A DNA stretch of 64,000 nucleotides, taken from assembly GCA_964654285.1 (NCBI GenBank), contig CAZZJC010000021.1, positions 5,249 to 69,248 of the forward strand, written 5' to 3'. Shown one piece after another: positions 18,141-27,632 of this stretch; within the stretch, counting starts at the first letter, position 1, and the number at the start of each line of letters is the position of its first letter. Position numbers and translations under genes: made by a program. The DNA comes from an uncultured Candidatus Kuenenia sp. Its GTDB lineage: Bacteria > Planctomycetota > UBA11346. Under the pieces are notes generated by a model. It saw nothing but the letters and a program-made list of their open reading frames with translations. It was not told where the DNA came from and did not search any database.

Positions 18141-20909
18141 GTGCCTGCCGGAGCTCGACCTGGACCGGACTTGCGCTCCGCCCTGGCGATCGACCCTGGG
18201 CTCATGGCCAGTTCCGCCCCGATCGCCGCCCATGTCGTCCATGTCCCGGATCCGCTGCACCTGCGCGATGAGCTCGCCGGCTTCGCCGACCGCCCACGGC
18301 CGGAGGTGGTGGCCGGGGTGAAGGCGCTGCGCCAGCGCGAACTCGCGGCGATCGCGCGGACCCAGATCGAGCACTCCAACGAGCTCACCGGCCTCGACAC
18401 CGCGCTCGCGATCTCGGGCATGACCGACGCGGTGGTACGCGCGCTCGCCCACCGCGCCTTCCTGCGCGCGGGCGCGCCGGGCGACTGGTACGACCAGGTC
18501 GGCATCTTCGCCATCGGCGGCTATGGCCGGGGCGAGATGAACCCGCACAGCGACCTCGACCTCCTGGTGTTCGCCCTCGACCGCCCCTGCCCATGGCTCG
18601 ACAAGGGCTGGGCCGAACTGCAGACCCTGCTCTGGGACGTGAAATTCCAGGTCGGCGCATCGAAGCGCGGCGCGGCCGAGCTGTCCCGCATCATCGATGA
18701 CGATTACGTCACCGCGACCGCGGTGATCGAAGGGCGCTCGATCCTCGCCAGCGCGGCGGTGGACGCGCGCTTCCTGGAGCTGCTCGCGCGCTTCCGCGAC
18801 CGCCGCAGCCTGCCTTTCCTGCGCTTCAAGATGGAGGAGCTCGCCAAGCGGCGCGAGGCCGCCGGCGCCAGCCCGTTCCTGATGGAACCCAACCTGAAGT
18901 CGAATCCGGGCTGCCTGCGCGACGTGCAGCTGCTGCGCAACCTCGGCTTCTGCGTCTCGGGCTCGCGCAACCTCTACCACCTGGAGGAGCTGGAGGTCAT
19001 CACCCGCGCCGACCTCACCGGGGTCGTCGCGGCCAACGACCATCTGCTGATGCTGCGCAGCCTGCTGCACTTCCATCACGGCCGGAAGCACGACACCTTC
19101 CAGCTCGCGGACCAGGTGCGCATCGCGAAGCAGCTCGGCTATGCCGACGTCAGCCGGCTGAGCGCGGTCGAGCACTTCATGAAGCTGCACTACGCCAAGG
19201 TGCTGCACGTGCACCAGATCGTCGACCTCGCGCTCAGCCGCGCCCGCGCCAAGGGGCACCTGGGGCGCCGGCCGATCCTGATCAAGACGCGGCGCAGGCT
19301 GGATGAGGACTTCGTCGCGGTCGACGGCCAGGTCTATCCCGGCCACGACGCCTGGTGGCAGAAGCCGGACTGGGTGCGCCGCATCTTTTCCGTCTGCCGC
19401 CTCGCCCAGGACCGCAAACTCTCGCTTTCACTGGAGTTCCAGCGCCAGATCCGGCACCACCTGGATCGCGTCACCGACGAGGTCCGCCACGATGCCGCCA
19501 CCGCGCAGGCGTTCCTCGCGGTGATGGGCAATCTCGGCCAGGTGCGGCCGATCCTCACCGACCTCCACCGCGCCGGGCTGCTCGGGGCCTACCTACCCGA
19601 GTTCGGCGTGCTGACCTGCCACATGCAGTTCGACAGCTACCACCAGTACACGGTGGACGAGCACACCCTGATCGCCCTCGGCAACCTCGACGCGGTCGCC
19701 ACCGGCCGCGCCCAGGGCGCCCCGGGCATGACCCGCATCCTGCCCGAGGTGCGGCGCAAGGACCTGCTCGCGCTGTCGCTGCTGCTCCATGACATGGGCA
19801 AGTACATGGGCCGCGGCCACGTCGCGCGCGGGGCGATGATGGCGGTCGGCGTCGGCGAACGCCTGCACCTGGAAAAGGATGCGGCCGACTTCGTGTATTT
19901 CCTCGTCGAACGCCATGTGATCCTGTCCGACGCCAGCCGCATGCGCGACTTCCACCAGCCGTCGTTCCTCGGCCCGTTCGCGCAGAAGATCGGCGACCGC
20001 GCCCGGCTCGACGCGCTCTACTGCATGACCTGGTGCGACGCCAAGGCGGTCGGCGAAGGCATCCTGACCGGCTGGCAGGAGGCCATCCTGGGCGAGCTCT
20101 ACGAGGCCGTCGCGGCCGAACTGGCCTCGTCGGGTGCACACCGCGCCATCGCGGTCGAGGACCGCCTCGCGCAGGAGCTGGTCGTCGCCAAGGTCGCCAC
20201 CCCCGAGGCGCAGGAGTTCATCCGCTCGCTGTCCGGCACCTACCCGCATCAGGTCGTCGCGGGCGAGATCGTACGCCACTGGCGCGTCCACGCCGAGGCC
20301 AAGCGCGACGGCGTCGGCCTGGATCCCGACTTCCGCGACAGCCACGTCCACCTGGTCGCCGCCGCGCCCGACCGCCACGCCCTGTTCGCCGATGTCACCG
20401 CGACCCTGTGCGGCCACGGCTTCGACGTGATCGACGCCCGCACCTGGGTCACCGCCAACGCCATGGTGATCTACAGCTTCCGCCTCGCCTCGATCTTCCC
20501 GGCGAAGCTGCGCGAGGATTCCACCTGGGCCGCGCTCAAACGCGACCTCATCGCGGTGGTCGGCGGCAGGCTGGATGCGCGCACCCTGCTCGAACGCCGG
20601 CGCAAGACCTTCACCGACAAGCCCGCCGACAGCGGCTTCGACGACCCGGCGGTGAAACTGGAAGGCGTCACCAGCGACACCCACACCATCGTCGACGTCC
20701 ACACCAAGGACGAGGTCGGCCTGCTGTCGCGCCTATGCCGCGAGATCAGCGACGCCGGCATCGAGATCGGCCACGCCTGCATCAACACCATGGGCGATGT
20801 CGCCGTCGACGTGTTCTACGTCCAGCGCCAGGGCCGGAAGCTGGATGAAGCCGAGGCCGAGGACCTGCGCGGGCGGCTGATCCGGATGCTGAACCTCAAG
20901 ACGGCGTGA
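18141..20909 (+). CDS. glnD: Bifunctional [protein-PII] uridylyltransferase / uridylyl-removing enzyme
   Basis: Nucleotidyltransferase domain (GGYGRGEMNPHSDLDLLVF), HD domain (LLLHDMGK...) and two C-terminal ACT domains. Length 922 aa. The start may instead be the ATG at 18204. Confidence 0.9.
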   Translation: MPAGARPGPDLRSALAIDPGLMASSAPIAAHVVHVPDPLHLRDELAGFADRPRPEVVAGVKALRQRELAAIARTQIEHSNELTGLDTALAISGMTDAVVRALAHRAFLRAGAPGDWYDQVGIFAIGGYGRGEMNPHSDLDLLVFALDRPCPWLDKGWAELQTLLWDVKFQVGASKRGAAELSRIIDDDYVTATAVIEGRSILASAAVDARFLELLARFRDRRSLPFLRFKMEELAKRREAAGASPFLMEPNLKSNPGCLRDVQLLRNLGFCVSGSRNLYHLEELEVITRADLTGVVAANDHLLMLRSLLHFHHGRKHDTFQLADQVRIAKQLGYADVSRLSAVEHFMKLHYAKVLHVHQIVDLALSRARAKGHLGRRPILIKTRRRLDEDFVAVDGQVYPGHDAWWQKPDWVRRIFSVCRLAQDRKLSLSLEFQRQIRHHLDRVTDEVRHDAATAQAFLAVMGNLGQVRPILTDLHRAGLLGAYLPEFGVLTCHMQFDSYHQYTVDEHTLIALGNLDAVATGRAQGAPGMTRILPEVRRKDLLALSLLLHDMGKYMGRGHVARGAMMAVGVGERLHLEKDAADFVYFLVERHVILSDASRMRDFHQPSFLGPFAQKIGDRARLDALYCMTWCDAKAVGEGILTGWQEAILGELYEAVAAELASSGAHRAIAVEDRLAQELVVAKVATPEAQEFIRSLSGTYPHQVVAGEIVRHWRVHAEAKRDGVGLDPDFRDSHVHLVAAAPDRHALFADVTATLCGHGFDVIDARTWVTANAMVIYSFRLASIFPAKLREDSTWAALKRDLIAVVGGRLDARTLLERRRKTFTDKPADSGFDDPAVKLEGVTSDTHTIVDVHTKDEVGLLSRLCREISDAGIEIGHACINTMGDVAVDVFYVQRQGRKLDEAEAEDLRGRLIRMLNLKTA

Positions 20910-20921
20910 ACCGGGGCGCAG

Positions 20922-21680
20922 TCAACGCAGGATCAACTGCATCCCCTCGAACCGGTGCGCGTCGCGCAACTGCCCCGCCGTCAGGATGCGGATACCACTG
21001 AGCGGATCCGCGATCTCCCAGGCATCGCCCTTGCGACCGAGGACGGCCACGAAGTGCCCGGATCCTCCGACCATGATGCCGATGATCGCGTTGGGGCGGA
21101 TGTCCTGGCGATCGAAGCGGAACTCGACGGCGAAGCCCAGCGACCGCGCATAGCGAGCCAGGTACCAGAGTTCGCTACCACTGCCGCTGGTGAAGCAGGA
21201 TTCCGCGATCCTGCGTTCATCGACGATGACGCCGTGGTGATGCAGAAGGCTGGCAAGCGACGCCGGACCGCAGGTGCTGCTGGTCGACTGCAGGCAGACC
21301 GGCCCGTTCCAGCGGTCGTGGAATTGACCCGGATCCACGGGGGACAGCAGCGGTTTCACCCAGGGCAGGCCTACGAAGACGAACGACAGGAAGGCCGTCA
21401 CCCCCACGCCGCATGGGCGGATCCAACCCTTTGCCGTGGCCACAAGGTGTCCGACCAGCAGGCCGGACAACGTCGGGACGAAATCAGTCCACACCCACGA
21501 ACGGTAGGTGAAGTAACCGGCCCAGTGGTCGAACCAGTGGGCGTAGTGGAGGGCATTGGCAGAGGCGACAAGGAAGAAGAGGAGACAAAGCGGTCTGACC
21601 CAGGCGGCTCGTCCGAGGTAAAACCCCAGGACCAGAAGCATCGACCAGATCAATGCAGAACAGCAGACGATGCTCGTCAC
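20922..21680 (-). CDS. Membrane protein with C-terminal C39-like cysteine peptidase domain
   Basis: About 4 predicted TM helices at the N-terminus. The C-terminal QSTSSTCGPASLASLLHHHG...GSGHFVAVLG pattern is Cys/His C39-peptidase-like. GTG start. Confidence 0.55.
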   Translation of the reverse strand: MTSIVCCSALIWSMLLVLGFYLGRAAWVRPLCLLFFLVASANALHYAHWFDHWAGYFTYRSWVWTDFVPTLSGLLVGHLVATAKGWIRPCGVGVTAFLSFVFVGLPWVKPLLSPVDPGQFHDRWNGPVCLQSTSSTCGPASLASLLHHHGVIVDERRIAESCFTSGSGSELWYLARYARSLGFAVEFRFDRQDIRPNAIIGIMVGGSGHFVAVLGRKGDAWEIADPLSGIRILTAGQLRDAHRFEGMQLILR

Positions 21681-21702
21681 GATTCCGCCCTGAGGGCTGC
21701 TT

Positions 21703-22116
21703 TCAGCCGTGTTTCGCCATGGAGCTGATCAGGAGCCACAAGCCCAGGATGACGTTCAGGCCCAGGCCGATGCCGGCGACGATCCGGTTCGAGCGTTTGA
21801 CGACCAGGCCGATGATCCCCAGCACGGTGCCGCCGATGGGGAAGAGCAGGGAGGCGAGTCCGATCAGTCCGCCTGCCGCAAGGCCGTTCAGGTTCTGGCT
21901 GCGGGCCGAATCCATCATCAAGCCCATGGCCAGGAACATTCCGAGCCAGAACAGCACGAAGCAGACGATGGACAGGATGCCCAGGGTCGGCCTGGTCCCC
22001 GTGGGCTTTTTCCGCCGGCTGAATCCCCGTGTCTGGGGCTGACGGCCCGGGGCCGGAACCCGGTTCTGGGTCGCGGGTCTGACGGTCCGATAGGAAGTGC
22101 GCGTGGCATAGGTCAT
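21703..22116 (-). CDS. Small membrane protein (DUF4190-like)
   Basis: MTYATRTSY...TLGILSIVCFVLFWLGMFLAMGL...GGLIGLASLLFPIGGTVLGIIGLVVKRSN...GIGLGLNVILGLWLL. An AGGAA-like RBS is present. The ORF-track extension to 22458 is Ala/Arg-rich and implausible. Confidence 0.5.
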   Translation of the reverse strand: MTYATRTSYRTVRPATQNRVPAPGRQPQTRGFSRRKKPTGTRPTLGILSIVCFVLFWLGMFLAMGLMMDSARSQNLNGLAAGGLIGLASLLFPIGGTVLGIIGLVVKRSNRIVAGIGLGLNVILGLWLLISSMAKHG

Positions 22117-22171
22117 GGGGGCGTTCCTGAAGATGCGCGGTGGAATAGCTTCCGGGCGATGATCGGCAAGG

Positions 22172-23095
22172 ATGGGCTGCTTCGCGCGTCCGTGCTCGGG
22201 CGCAGCGGCGACGATCGTGGCGGCTGCACGTCCGGGCCGGACCGGTGCCGGCTTTCGCCCCGGTGGCGTTTCCCGGTTTCGGCCTAGCCTTCCCGCCGTG
22301 CCGTCATCCTCGTCCCATGCCATCCAGGGGGGCATCGCCGCCGCCGCCCGCGCGCTGGCGGCGTGCACGCGCCTGCTCGTGCTGACCGGGGCCGGGTCGA
22401 GCAAGGATGCGGGCGTGCCGACCTTCCGCTGCGCAGATGGGCTCTGGCGCGACCACAAACCGGAGGATCTCGCCGCTCCGGAAGGGTTCGCCCGCGATCC
22501 CGACCTGGTCTGGGACTGGTATCGCGAACGCCGCCTGCTGGTCGCCCGGGCGAAGCCCCATGTCGGTCAGCGTGCCATCGCCCTGCTGCAGCAGCATTTC
22601 CCTGCACCGGGCCGGGTGCTGGTGGCGACCACCAACGAGGACGACCTGCTCGACCGGGCCGGCGTCGAAGGGGTCGTGCACCTGCACGGCTCGCTCTTCG
22701 AGACCGCGTGCGCCGCCGGGTGCGGCTGGCGGCACCAGGACGCCCTCGACAACGGCCTGAGCATGCAGCCGTGCCCGGCCTGCGGGGCGCGCACGCGGCC
22801 GGGTTCGACCTGGTACGGCGAGTCGCTGCCGGCCGGGGTGCTCGAAGCCATCGCCGCGTTCAAGCCGGACGGCTGCCTGCTGGTCGGGTCGTCGTGCCTG
22901 GTGCAGCCGACCTCGGTGATCGCACCCGAACTGATCGCCGCCGGCTGCCCGGTGGTCGAGATCAACCCGGAAGAGACCCCGATCTCGCCGCTCGCCGCGT
23001 GCAGCCTGCGCGCCAAGGCCAAGGACGCGATCCCGCCGCTCGTCGACCTGCTGACCTCGCCGACCGTGCGGGACCAGAAGCGGCGGATCACCTGA
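22172..23095 (+). CDS. cobB: NAD-dependent protein deacylase (sirtuin, CobB/Sir2 family)
   Basis: ...LLVLTGAGSSKDAGVPTFRCADGLW... and a zinc ribbon ...CPACGARTRPGSTWYGE... The true start is probably an internal alternative start about 40 codons downstream of 22172. Confidence 0.75.
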   Translation: MGCFARPCSGAAATIVAAARPGRTGAGFRPGGVSRFRPSLPAVPSSSSHAIQGGIAAAARALAACTRLLVLTGAGSSKDAGVPTFRCADGLWRDHKPEDLAAPEGFARDPDLVWDWYRERRLLVARAKPHVGQRAIALLQQHFPAPGRVLVATTNEDDLLDRAGVEGVVHLHGSLFETACAAGCGWRHQDALDNGLSMQPCPACGARTRPGSTWYGESLPAGVLEAIAAFKPDGCLLVGSSCLVQPTSVIAPELIAAGCPVVEINPEETPISPLAACSLRAKAKDAIPPLVDLLTSPTVRDQKRRIT

Positions 23096-23101
23096 CCCGC
23101 C

Positions 23102-24841
23102 GTGCTCGACGCCAGCCTCCTTCCCCCGCCGCCGGCGCGGCTGGTCGTCGCGGTAAGCGGTGGCGCGGATTCCTGCGCCCTGTGGGATCTGCTGCTGGCT
23201 GACGGCCGCTGGCCGCTGCTCATCTGGCATCTCGACCATGGCCTGCGACCGGAAGCGGCGGCGGACGCGGCGTTCGTGCGCAAGCGCGCGGAGCACTACT
23301 GCGCCCAGGGGAAGAGCGCGGACATCATCGTCGAATCCGCCGATGTGGCCGCGCTGGCCCGGGCCTGGGGCTGCGGCCTGGAGGAAGCCGGCCGCCGGCA
23401 CCGCTATGAGCGCCTGGCCGCCGTGGCGCTGGCCCACGGCGGCCAGGCGGTCTGCACCGCGCACCACGCCGACGACCAGGCCGAGACCGTGCTCGCGCAC
23501 CTGCTGCGCGGCGCCGGGCCGGTCGGGCTGGCGGGCATCCCGCCGCAGCGCGAGCTCGTGCCCGGCGTCCTGCTGGTCCGGCCGCTGCTCGGCGCCGGTC
23601 GGGCGCACCTGCGGCAGCACCTGGAACAGCGCGATCTTTCCTGGCGTGAAGACGGCAGCAACGCGGACGTGCGCTGGCAACGCAACCGCCTGCGCCAGCG
23701 CGTGCTGCCGGACCTGGAACGGGCCTGCCCCGGCATCGGCGCGGCCTTGGCCGCAGCGGCGGCCGACGCCCGGAAGCAGGTCGATCGCGGAGCGGCCCTG
23801 GTCGCTGCGGCCTGGCATGAGGACGCCGAGGGGCTCGATCTGCGACCGCTGCTCGCGCTCGATCGCCCGGTGCGGCTGCTGGCCTGGCGCCGGCTGCTGG
23901 TGCGGCTCGGCCTGCCGCTCAGCCGCCCGCACCTGGAGCGGCTGGAGGCGGTCGCTTCCGGGCCGCCGGACCGCCGGCTGGGACTCAGGGGGTGGGAACT
24001 CTGGCGCCGGCAAGGACGACTGCGCTGGCGCCCGGCCCCGCTTGCGCGCAAGGCCCCACGGACGCAGTCTGCTGCCATCATGTCGACCACCGCCGTCATC
24101 CTCGCCGCGGGCAAAGGCACGCGGATGAACTCCGATCTCGCCAAGGTGCTGCATCCGCTCGCCGGCCGGCCGCTGGTGGCGCATGTGCTGGATGCCTGCC
24201 GCGTCGCCGGCATCGACCAGACCGTGGTCGTGGTGGGCTGGCAGCGTGAACAGGTCGAGGCCGCGGTGGCGCGCTGGCGGCCGACCTGCGTCGTGCAGGA
24301 CCGCCAGCTCGGCACCGGCCACGCGGTGCTGGTCAGCGAATCCGCGGTGAAAGGCGACGATGTCGTGGTGCTCTGCGGCGACTCGCCGCTCATCCCCGGC
24401 CATCTCCTGCGCGAGCTGATGCGCACCCACAAGGAATCCGGCGCGGCCTGCACCGCGGTCGCGGCGCGGATGAAGGATCCCACCGGCTACGGCCGGATGG
24501 TGGTCGATGCCGCCGGCAACCTGGTCCGCATCGTCGAACAGCGCGACGCCAGCCCGGACGAGCAGAGGATCGATCTGATCAACAGCGGCCTCTACGCCTT
24601 CCGCCGCGCCGATCTGTTCCGCTGCCTGCATCAGGTCCGGCCGACGAACGCCCAGGGCGAATACTACCTGACCGACGTGGTGAGGATGCTGGTCGAGGAG
24701 CGCGCCAAGGTCGGCATGAAGGTCTGCGAAAGCCCGTCCCTGATCCTCGGGATCAACACCCCCGCCGATCTGCAGTTGGCGGCGCGCATCTACGCGGAGA
24801 AATCCGAGACGTTGGCGATGGACCCGGCCGACAGCCCATGA
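23102..24841 (+). CDS. tilS: tRNA(Ile)-lysidine synthetase (TilS, PP-loop) read in-frame into a GlmU-N-terminal-like sugar-1-phosphate nucleotidyltransferase domain (from ATG 24080)
   Basis: N-terminal LVVAVSGGADSCAL...HLDHGLRPEAAADAAFVRKRAE...HHADDQAETVLAHLLRGAG are TilS motifs. From residue 327, MSTTAVILAAGKGTRMNSDLAKVLHPLAGRPLVAHVLDA... follows the GlmU pyrophosphorylase-domain pattern. No LbH acetyltransferase domain follows. No stop codon separates the two. Confidence 0.65.
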   Translation: MLDASLLPPPPARLVVAVSGGADSCALWDLLLADGRWPLLIWHLDHGLRPEAAADAAFVRKRAEHYCAQGKSADIIVESADVAALARAWGCGLEEAGRRHRYERLAAVALAHGGQAVCTAHHADDQAETVLAHLLRGAGPVGLAGIPPQRELVPGVLLVRPLLGAGRAHLRQHLEQRDLSWREDGSNADVRWQRNRLRQRVLPDLERACPGIGAALAAAAADARKQVDRGAALVAAAWHEDAEGLDLRPLLALDRPVRLLAWRRLLVRLGLPLSRPHLERLEAVASGPPDRRLGLRGWELWRRQGRLRWRPAPLARKAPRTQSAAIMSTTAVILAAGKGTRMNSDLAKVLHPLAGRPLVAHVLDACRVAGIDQTVVVVGWQREQVEAAVARWRPTCVVQDRQLGTGHAVLVSESAVKGDDVVVLCGDSPLIPGHLLRELMRTHKESGAACTAVAARMKDPTGYGRMVVDAAGNLVRIVEQRDASPDEQRIDLINSGLYAFRRADLFRCLHQVRPTNAQGEYYLTDVVRMLVEERAKVGMKVCESPSLILGINTPADLQLAARIYAEKSETLAMDPADSP

Positions 24842-24857
24842 ATCGACCGGGGCCACG

Positions 24858-26411
24858 GTGACCACCATCCGTTTCGCCGATGGCACCCTGACCCTGCATG
24901 AGGCCGAACCGGCCGCGCTGGCGGCCCTGGGCGCGTTGGCGGTCGCCGACCCGCGCATCGGCGGCCACCGCGCCCGCGCCTGCGACTACGCCGAGATCCT
25001 GCGCCGCCTGCACGGCCGTCACGCCTACCGCGACGAGGCGCGGCAGTACCGCGAGCTGGACCTCACCGAGCACGAAACGCTGCCGCTGCGCGAGTATCAG
25101 CGTCTCGCCCTTGCGGCCTGGAGCACCGGACGCAAGCGCGGCGTGGTGGTGCTGCCTACCGGCGCGGGCAAGACCTACGTCGCCCTCCAGGCGATGCTCC
25201 TGGCGAAGCGCTCGACCCTGGTGCTCGCCCCGACCATCGACCTGGTGCAGCAGTGGGCGGGCGATCTCGGCCGCCGCCTGCGGGTGCCGATCGGGGTCTA
25301 CGGCGGCGGCGAGAAGCGGCTGGAGGACATCACGGTCTCGACCTACGATTCCGCCGTGCTGTTCATGCCGTTCCACGGCAACCGCTTCGGCCTGCTGGTC
25401 TTCGACGAATGCCACCACCTGCCCGCGCTGGTCACCGCCGGCGCGGCGGAGCAGTGCCTGGCCCCGTTCCGCCTTGGCCTGACCGCCACCCCCGAACGCA
25501 CCGACGGCCAGCACGCCCGCCTCGACGACCTCATCGGACCGGAGGTGCACCGGTCGCACATCGGCGAACTCGAAGGCCGATTCCTCGCGTCCTACCAGGC
25601 GGAGGTGCTGGAGGTCGCCCTCGATCCCGACGAGGCGGCCGCCTACCGCGAGGCGCGGGCCGAATACGTGGCCTTCATCCGCACCCACGGCATCGATTTC
25701 TCCGCCCCCGACGGCTGGGCCCAGTTCCTCGCCGCCGCCGGGCGCTCTCCCGAGGGCCGCCAGGCGATGCGGGCCTACCGCGAGCAGCGCCGCCTGGCGC
25801 GCTCCGGCCGCGCCAAGCTGCGCGCGCTCTGGCAGCTCCTGCGCGAGCACGCCGGCGAACGCTGCCTGGTGTTCACCGACGACAACGACACCGCCTACCG
25901 CATCGGCAGCGAGTTCGTCCTGCCGGTGCTGACCCACCACACCAAGGGCGGCGAGCGCAAGCGGCTGCTCGACGCCTTCCGCGCCGGCGCCCTGCCGGTG
26001 CTGGTCACCAGCAAGGTGCTGAACGAGGGGGTCGACGTGCCCGAGGCGTCGGTGGGCATCATCGTGAGCGGCTCCGGCAGCGTGCGCGAGCACGTCCAGC
26101 GCCTCGGCCGATTGCTGCGGCCGAAGCAGGGCAAGACCGCGATCCTCTACGAGCTCATCGCGGCCGGCACGGCCGAGGCGTACACCTCGCAGCGGCGGCG
26201 CTCGCACGCGGCTTTTGGCGAGCAAGTCCGGAACGGCGAGCAGGTCCGGACTGGCGACCAGGTCCGCAACGGCGGCGAAGTCCGCAGCTATGGCCCGAAC
26301 CGGATGGGCGGACCAGCGCGCAAGCCCCGCGAGGATCCCGGCGACGACGGGGTTCCCGAGGCCGACGCGGAGTGGCCGGAAGACCTCTTTTCCCACGCCG
26401 ACACCGACTGA
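24858..26411 (+). CDS. XPB/Ssl2-like DEAD/DEAH-box DNA helicase
   Basis: ...VVVLPTGAGKTYVALQAM...LVLAPTIDLVQQW...LVFDECHHL... are helicase motifs I to II. The C-terminal helicase domain contains VLVTSKVLNEGVDVPEASVGI. The overall architecture resembles bacterial XPB. GTG start. Confidence 0.7.
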   Translation: MTTIRFADGTLTLHEAEPAALAALGALAVADPRIGGHRARACDYAEILRRLHGRHAYRDEARQYRELDLTEHETLPLREYQRLALAAWSTGRKRGVVVLPTGAGKTYVALQAMLLAKRSTLVLAPTIDLVQQWAGDLGRRLRVPIGVYGGGEKRLEDITVSTYDSAVLFMPFHGNRFGLLVFDECHHLPALVTAGAAEQCLAPFRLGLTATPERTDGQHARLDDLIGPEVHRSHIGELEGRFLASYQAEVLEVALDPDEAAAYREARAEYVAFIRTHGIDFSAPDGWAQFLAAAGRSPEGRQAMRAYREQRRLARSGRAKLRALWQLLREHAGERCLVFTDDNDTAYRIGSEFVLPVLTHHTKGGERKRLLDAFRAGALPVLVTSKVLNEGVDVPEASVGIIVSGSGSVREHVQRLGRLLRPKQGKTAILYELIAAGTAEAYTSQRRRSHAAFGEQVRNGEQVRTGDQVRNGGEVRSYGPNRMGGPARKPREDPGDDGVPEADAEWPEDLFSHADTD

Positions 26412-26490
26412 CGCGACGCCCGGCCGGACCGCCCAGCGGCGGGCGGGCACGGTTGCACCCGTGCCGCGTCCGGCGTAAGGTGCCGATGGC

Positions 26491-27543
26491 ATGCGCCTCC
26501 TCGACCGAATCCTCGGCATGTTCAGCCTCGATCTCGGGATCGACCTGGGCACCGCCAACACCCTGGTCGCGGTGCAGGGACGCGGGGTGGTGATCTGCGA
26601 ACCGAGCGTGGTCGCGGTCAAGCGCGGCACCAAGCAGGTGCTGATGGACGGCAACGCGGTCGGCGACCAGGCCAAGATCATGCTCGGCAAGAACCCGGGC
26701 AACATCGACGTGGTGCGGCCGATGAAGGACGGCGTCATCGCCGATCTGGAGATCACCGAGGCGATGCTGCGCTACTTCATCCGCAAGGCCAACGGCCGGC
26801 GCGGGATGTTCCGCCCGCGCCTGGTGATCGCGGTGCCGTCGGGCCTCAACGAGGTGGAAAAGGGCGCGGTCACCAACAGCGCGATGAACTCCGGCGCGCG
26901 CGAGGTCTTCCTCATCGCCCAGCCGATGGCGGCGGCGATCGGCGCCGGCCTGCCGGTGGCCGATCCGATCGGCTCGATGATCGTCGACATCGGCGGCGGC
27001 ACGACCGAGGTCGCGGTGATCTCGCTCGCCGGCATCGTCGCGAGCGAATCGGTGCGGGTGGCCGGCGACGAACTCAACCATGCCATCATCAAGTACCTGA
27101 AATCGCAGTATTCCGTCGTGGTCGGCGAGAACACCGCCGAGATGGTCAAATGCCAGATCGGCTGCGCCCAGCCGCTCGCGGACGAAGCCAGGATGACCAT
27201 CCGCGGCCGCGACCTGCGCACCGGCATGCCGCGCTCGATCGAGGTCACCTCGACCGAGGCGCTGGAAGCCCTGCGCCCGTCGGTGCAGACCATCGTCAAC
27301 TCCATCAAGATGGTGCTCGAACGCACCCAGCCCGAACTCGCCGCCGACCTCATCGAACGCGGCATCGTCATGGCCGGCGGCACCAGCCAGCTGCACGGCC
27401 TGTGCGAACTCGTCGCCCAGGAGACCGGCCTGCCGGTGCGCATGGCGCAGGATCCGATGACCTGCGTCGCGCGCGGCTGCGCCGCCCTGCTCGACAACCT
27501 CGATGCGCTGTCCCAGATTCTGGAGACGGGGACGGAGCAGTAG
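26491..27543 (+). CDS. mreB: Rod shape-determining protein MreB
   Basis: DLGIDLGTANTLVAV...MKDGVIAD...IVDIGGGTTEVAVISL... are actin-fold MreB signatures. Confidence 0.95.
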   Translation: MRLLDRILGMFSLDLGIDLGTANTLVAVQGRGVVICEPSVVAVKRGTKQVLMDGNAVGDQAKIMLGKNPGNIDVVRPMKDGVIADLEITEAMLRYFIRKANGRRGMFRPRLVIAVPSGLNEVEKGAVTNSAMNSGAREVFLIAQPMAAAIGAGLPVADPIGSMIVDIGGGTTEVAVISLAGIVASESVRVAGDELNHAIIKYLKSQYSVVVGENTAEMVKCQIGCAQPLADEARMTIRGRDLRTGMPRSIEVTSTEALEALRPSVQTIVNSIKMVLERTQPELAADLIERGIVMAGGTSQLHGLCELVAQETGLPVRMAQDPMTCVARGCAALLDNLDALSQILETGTEQ

Positions 27544-27632
27544 CCGGCCCTGCACCGGTAATCGGTGGACGGGCTTGTCGTCGGAGCAGGAATTTCTTGC
27601 CTGCGGAGGCGATCCGCCAAGTCTACGCACCC

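Noticed and set aside
22304-24958. 884-aa minus-strand ORF
   Set aside because: It is antisense to the sirtuin and tilS genes. It has no motifs and an Arg/Ala/Gly-rich translation typical of high-GC antisense frames.
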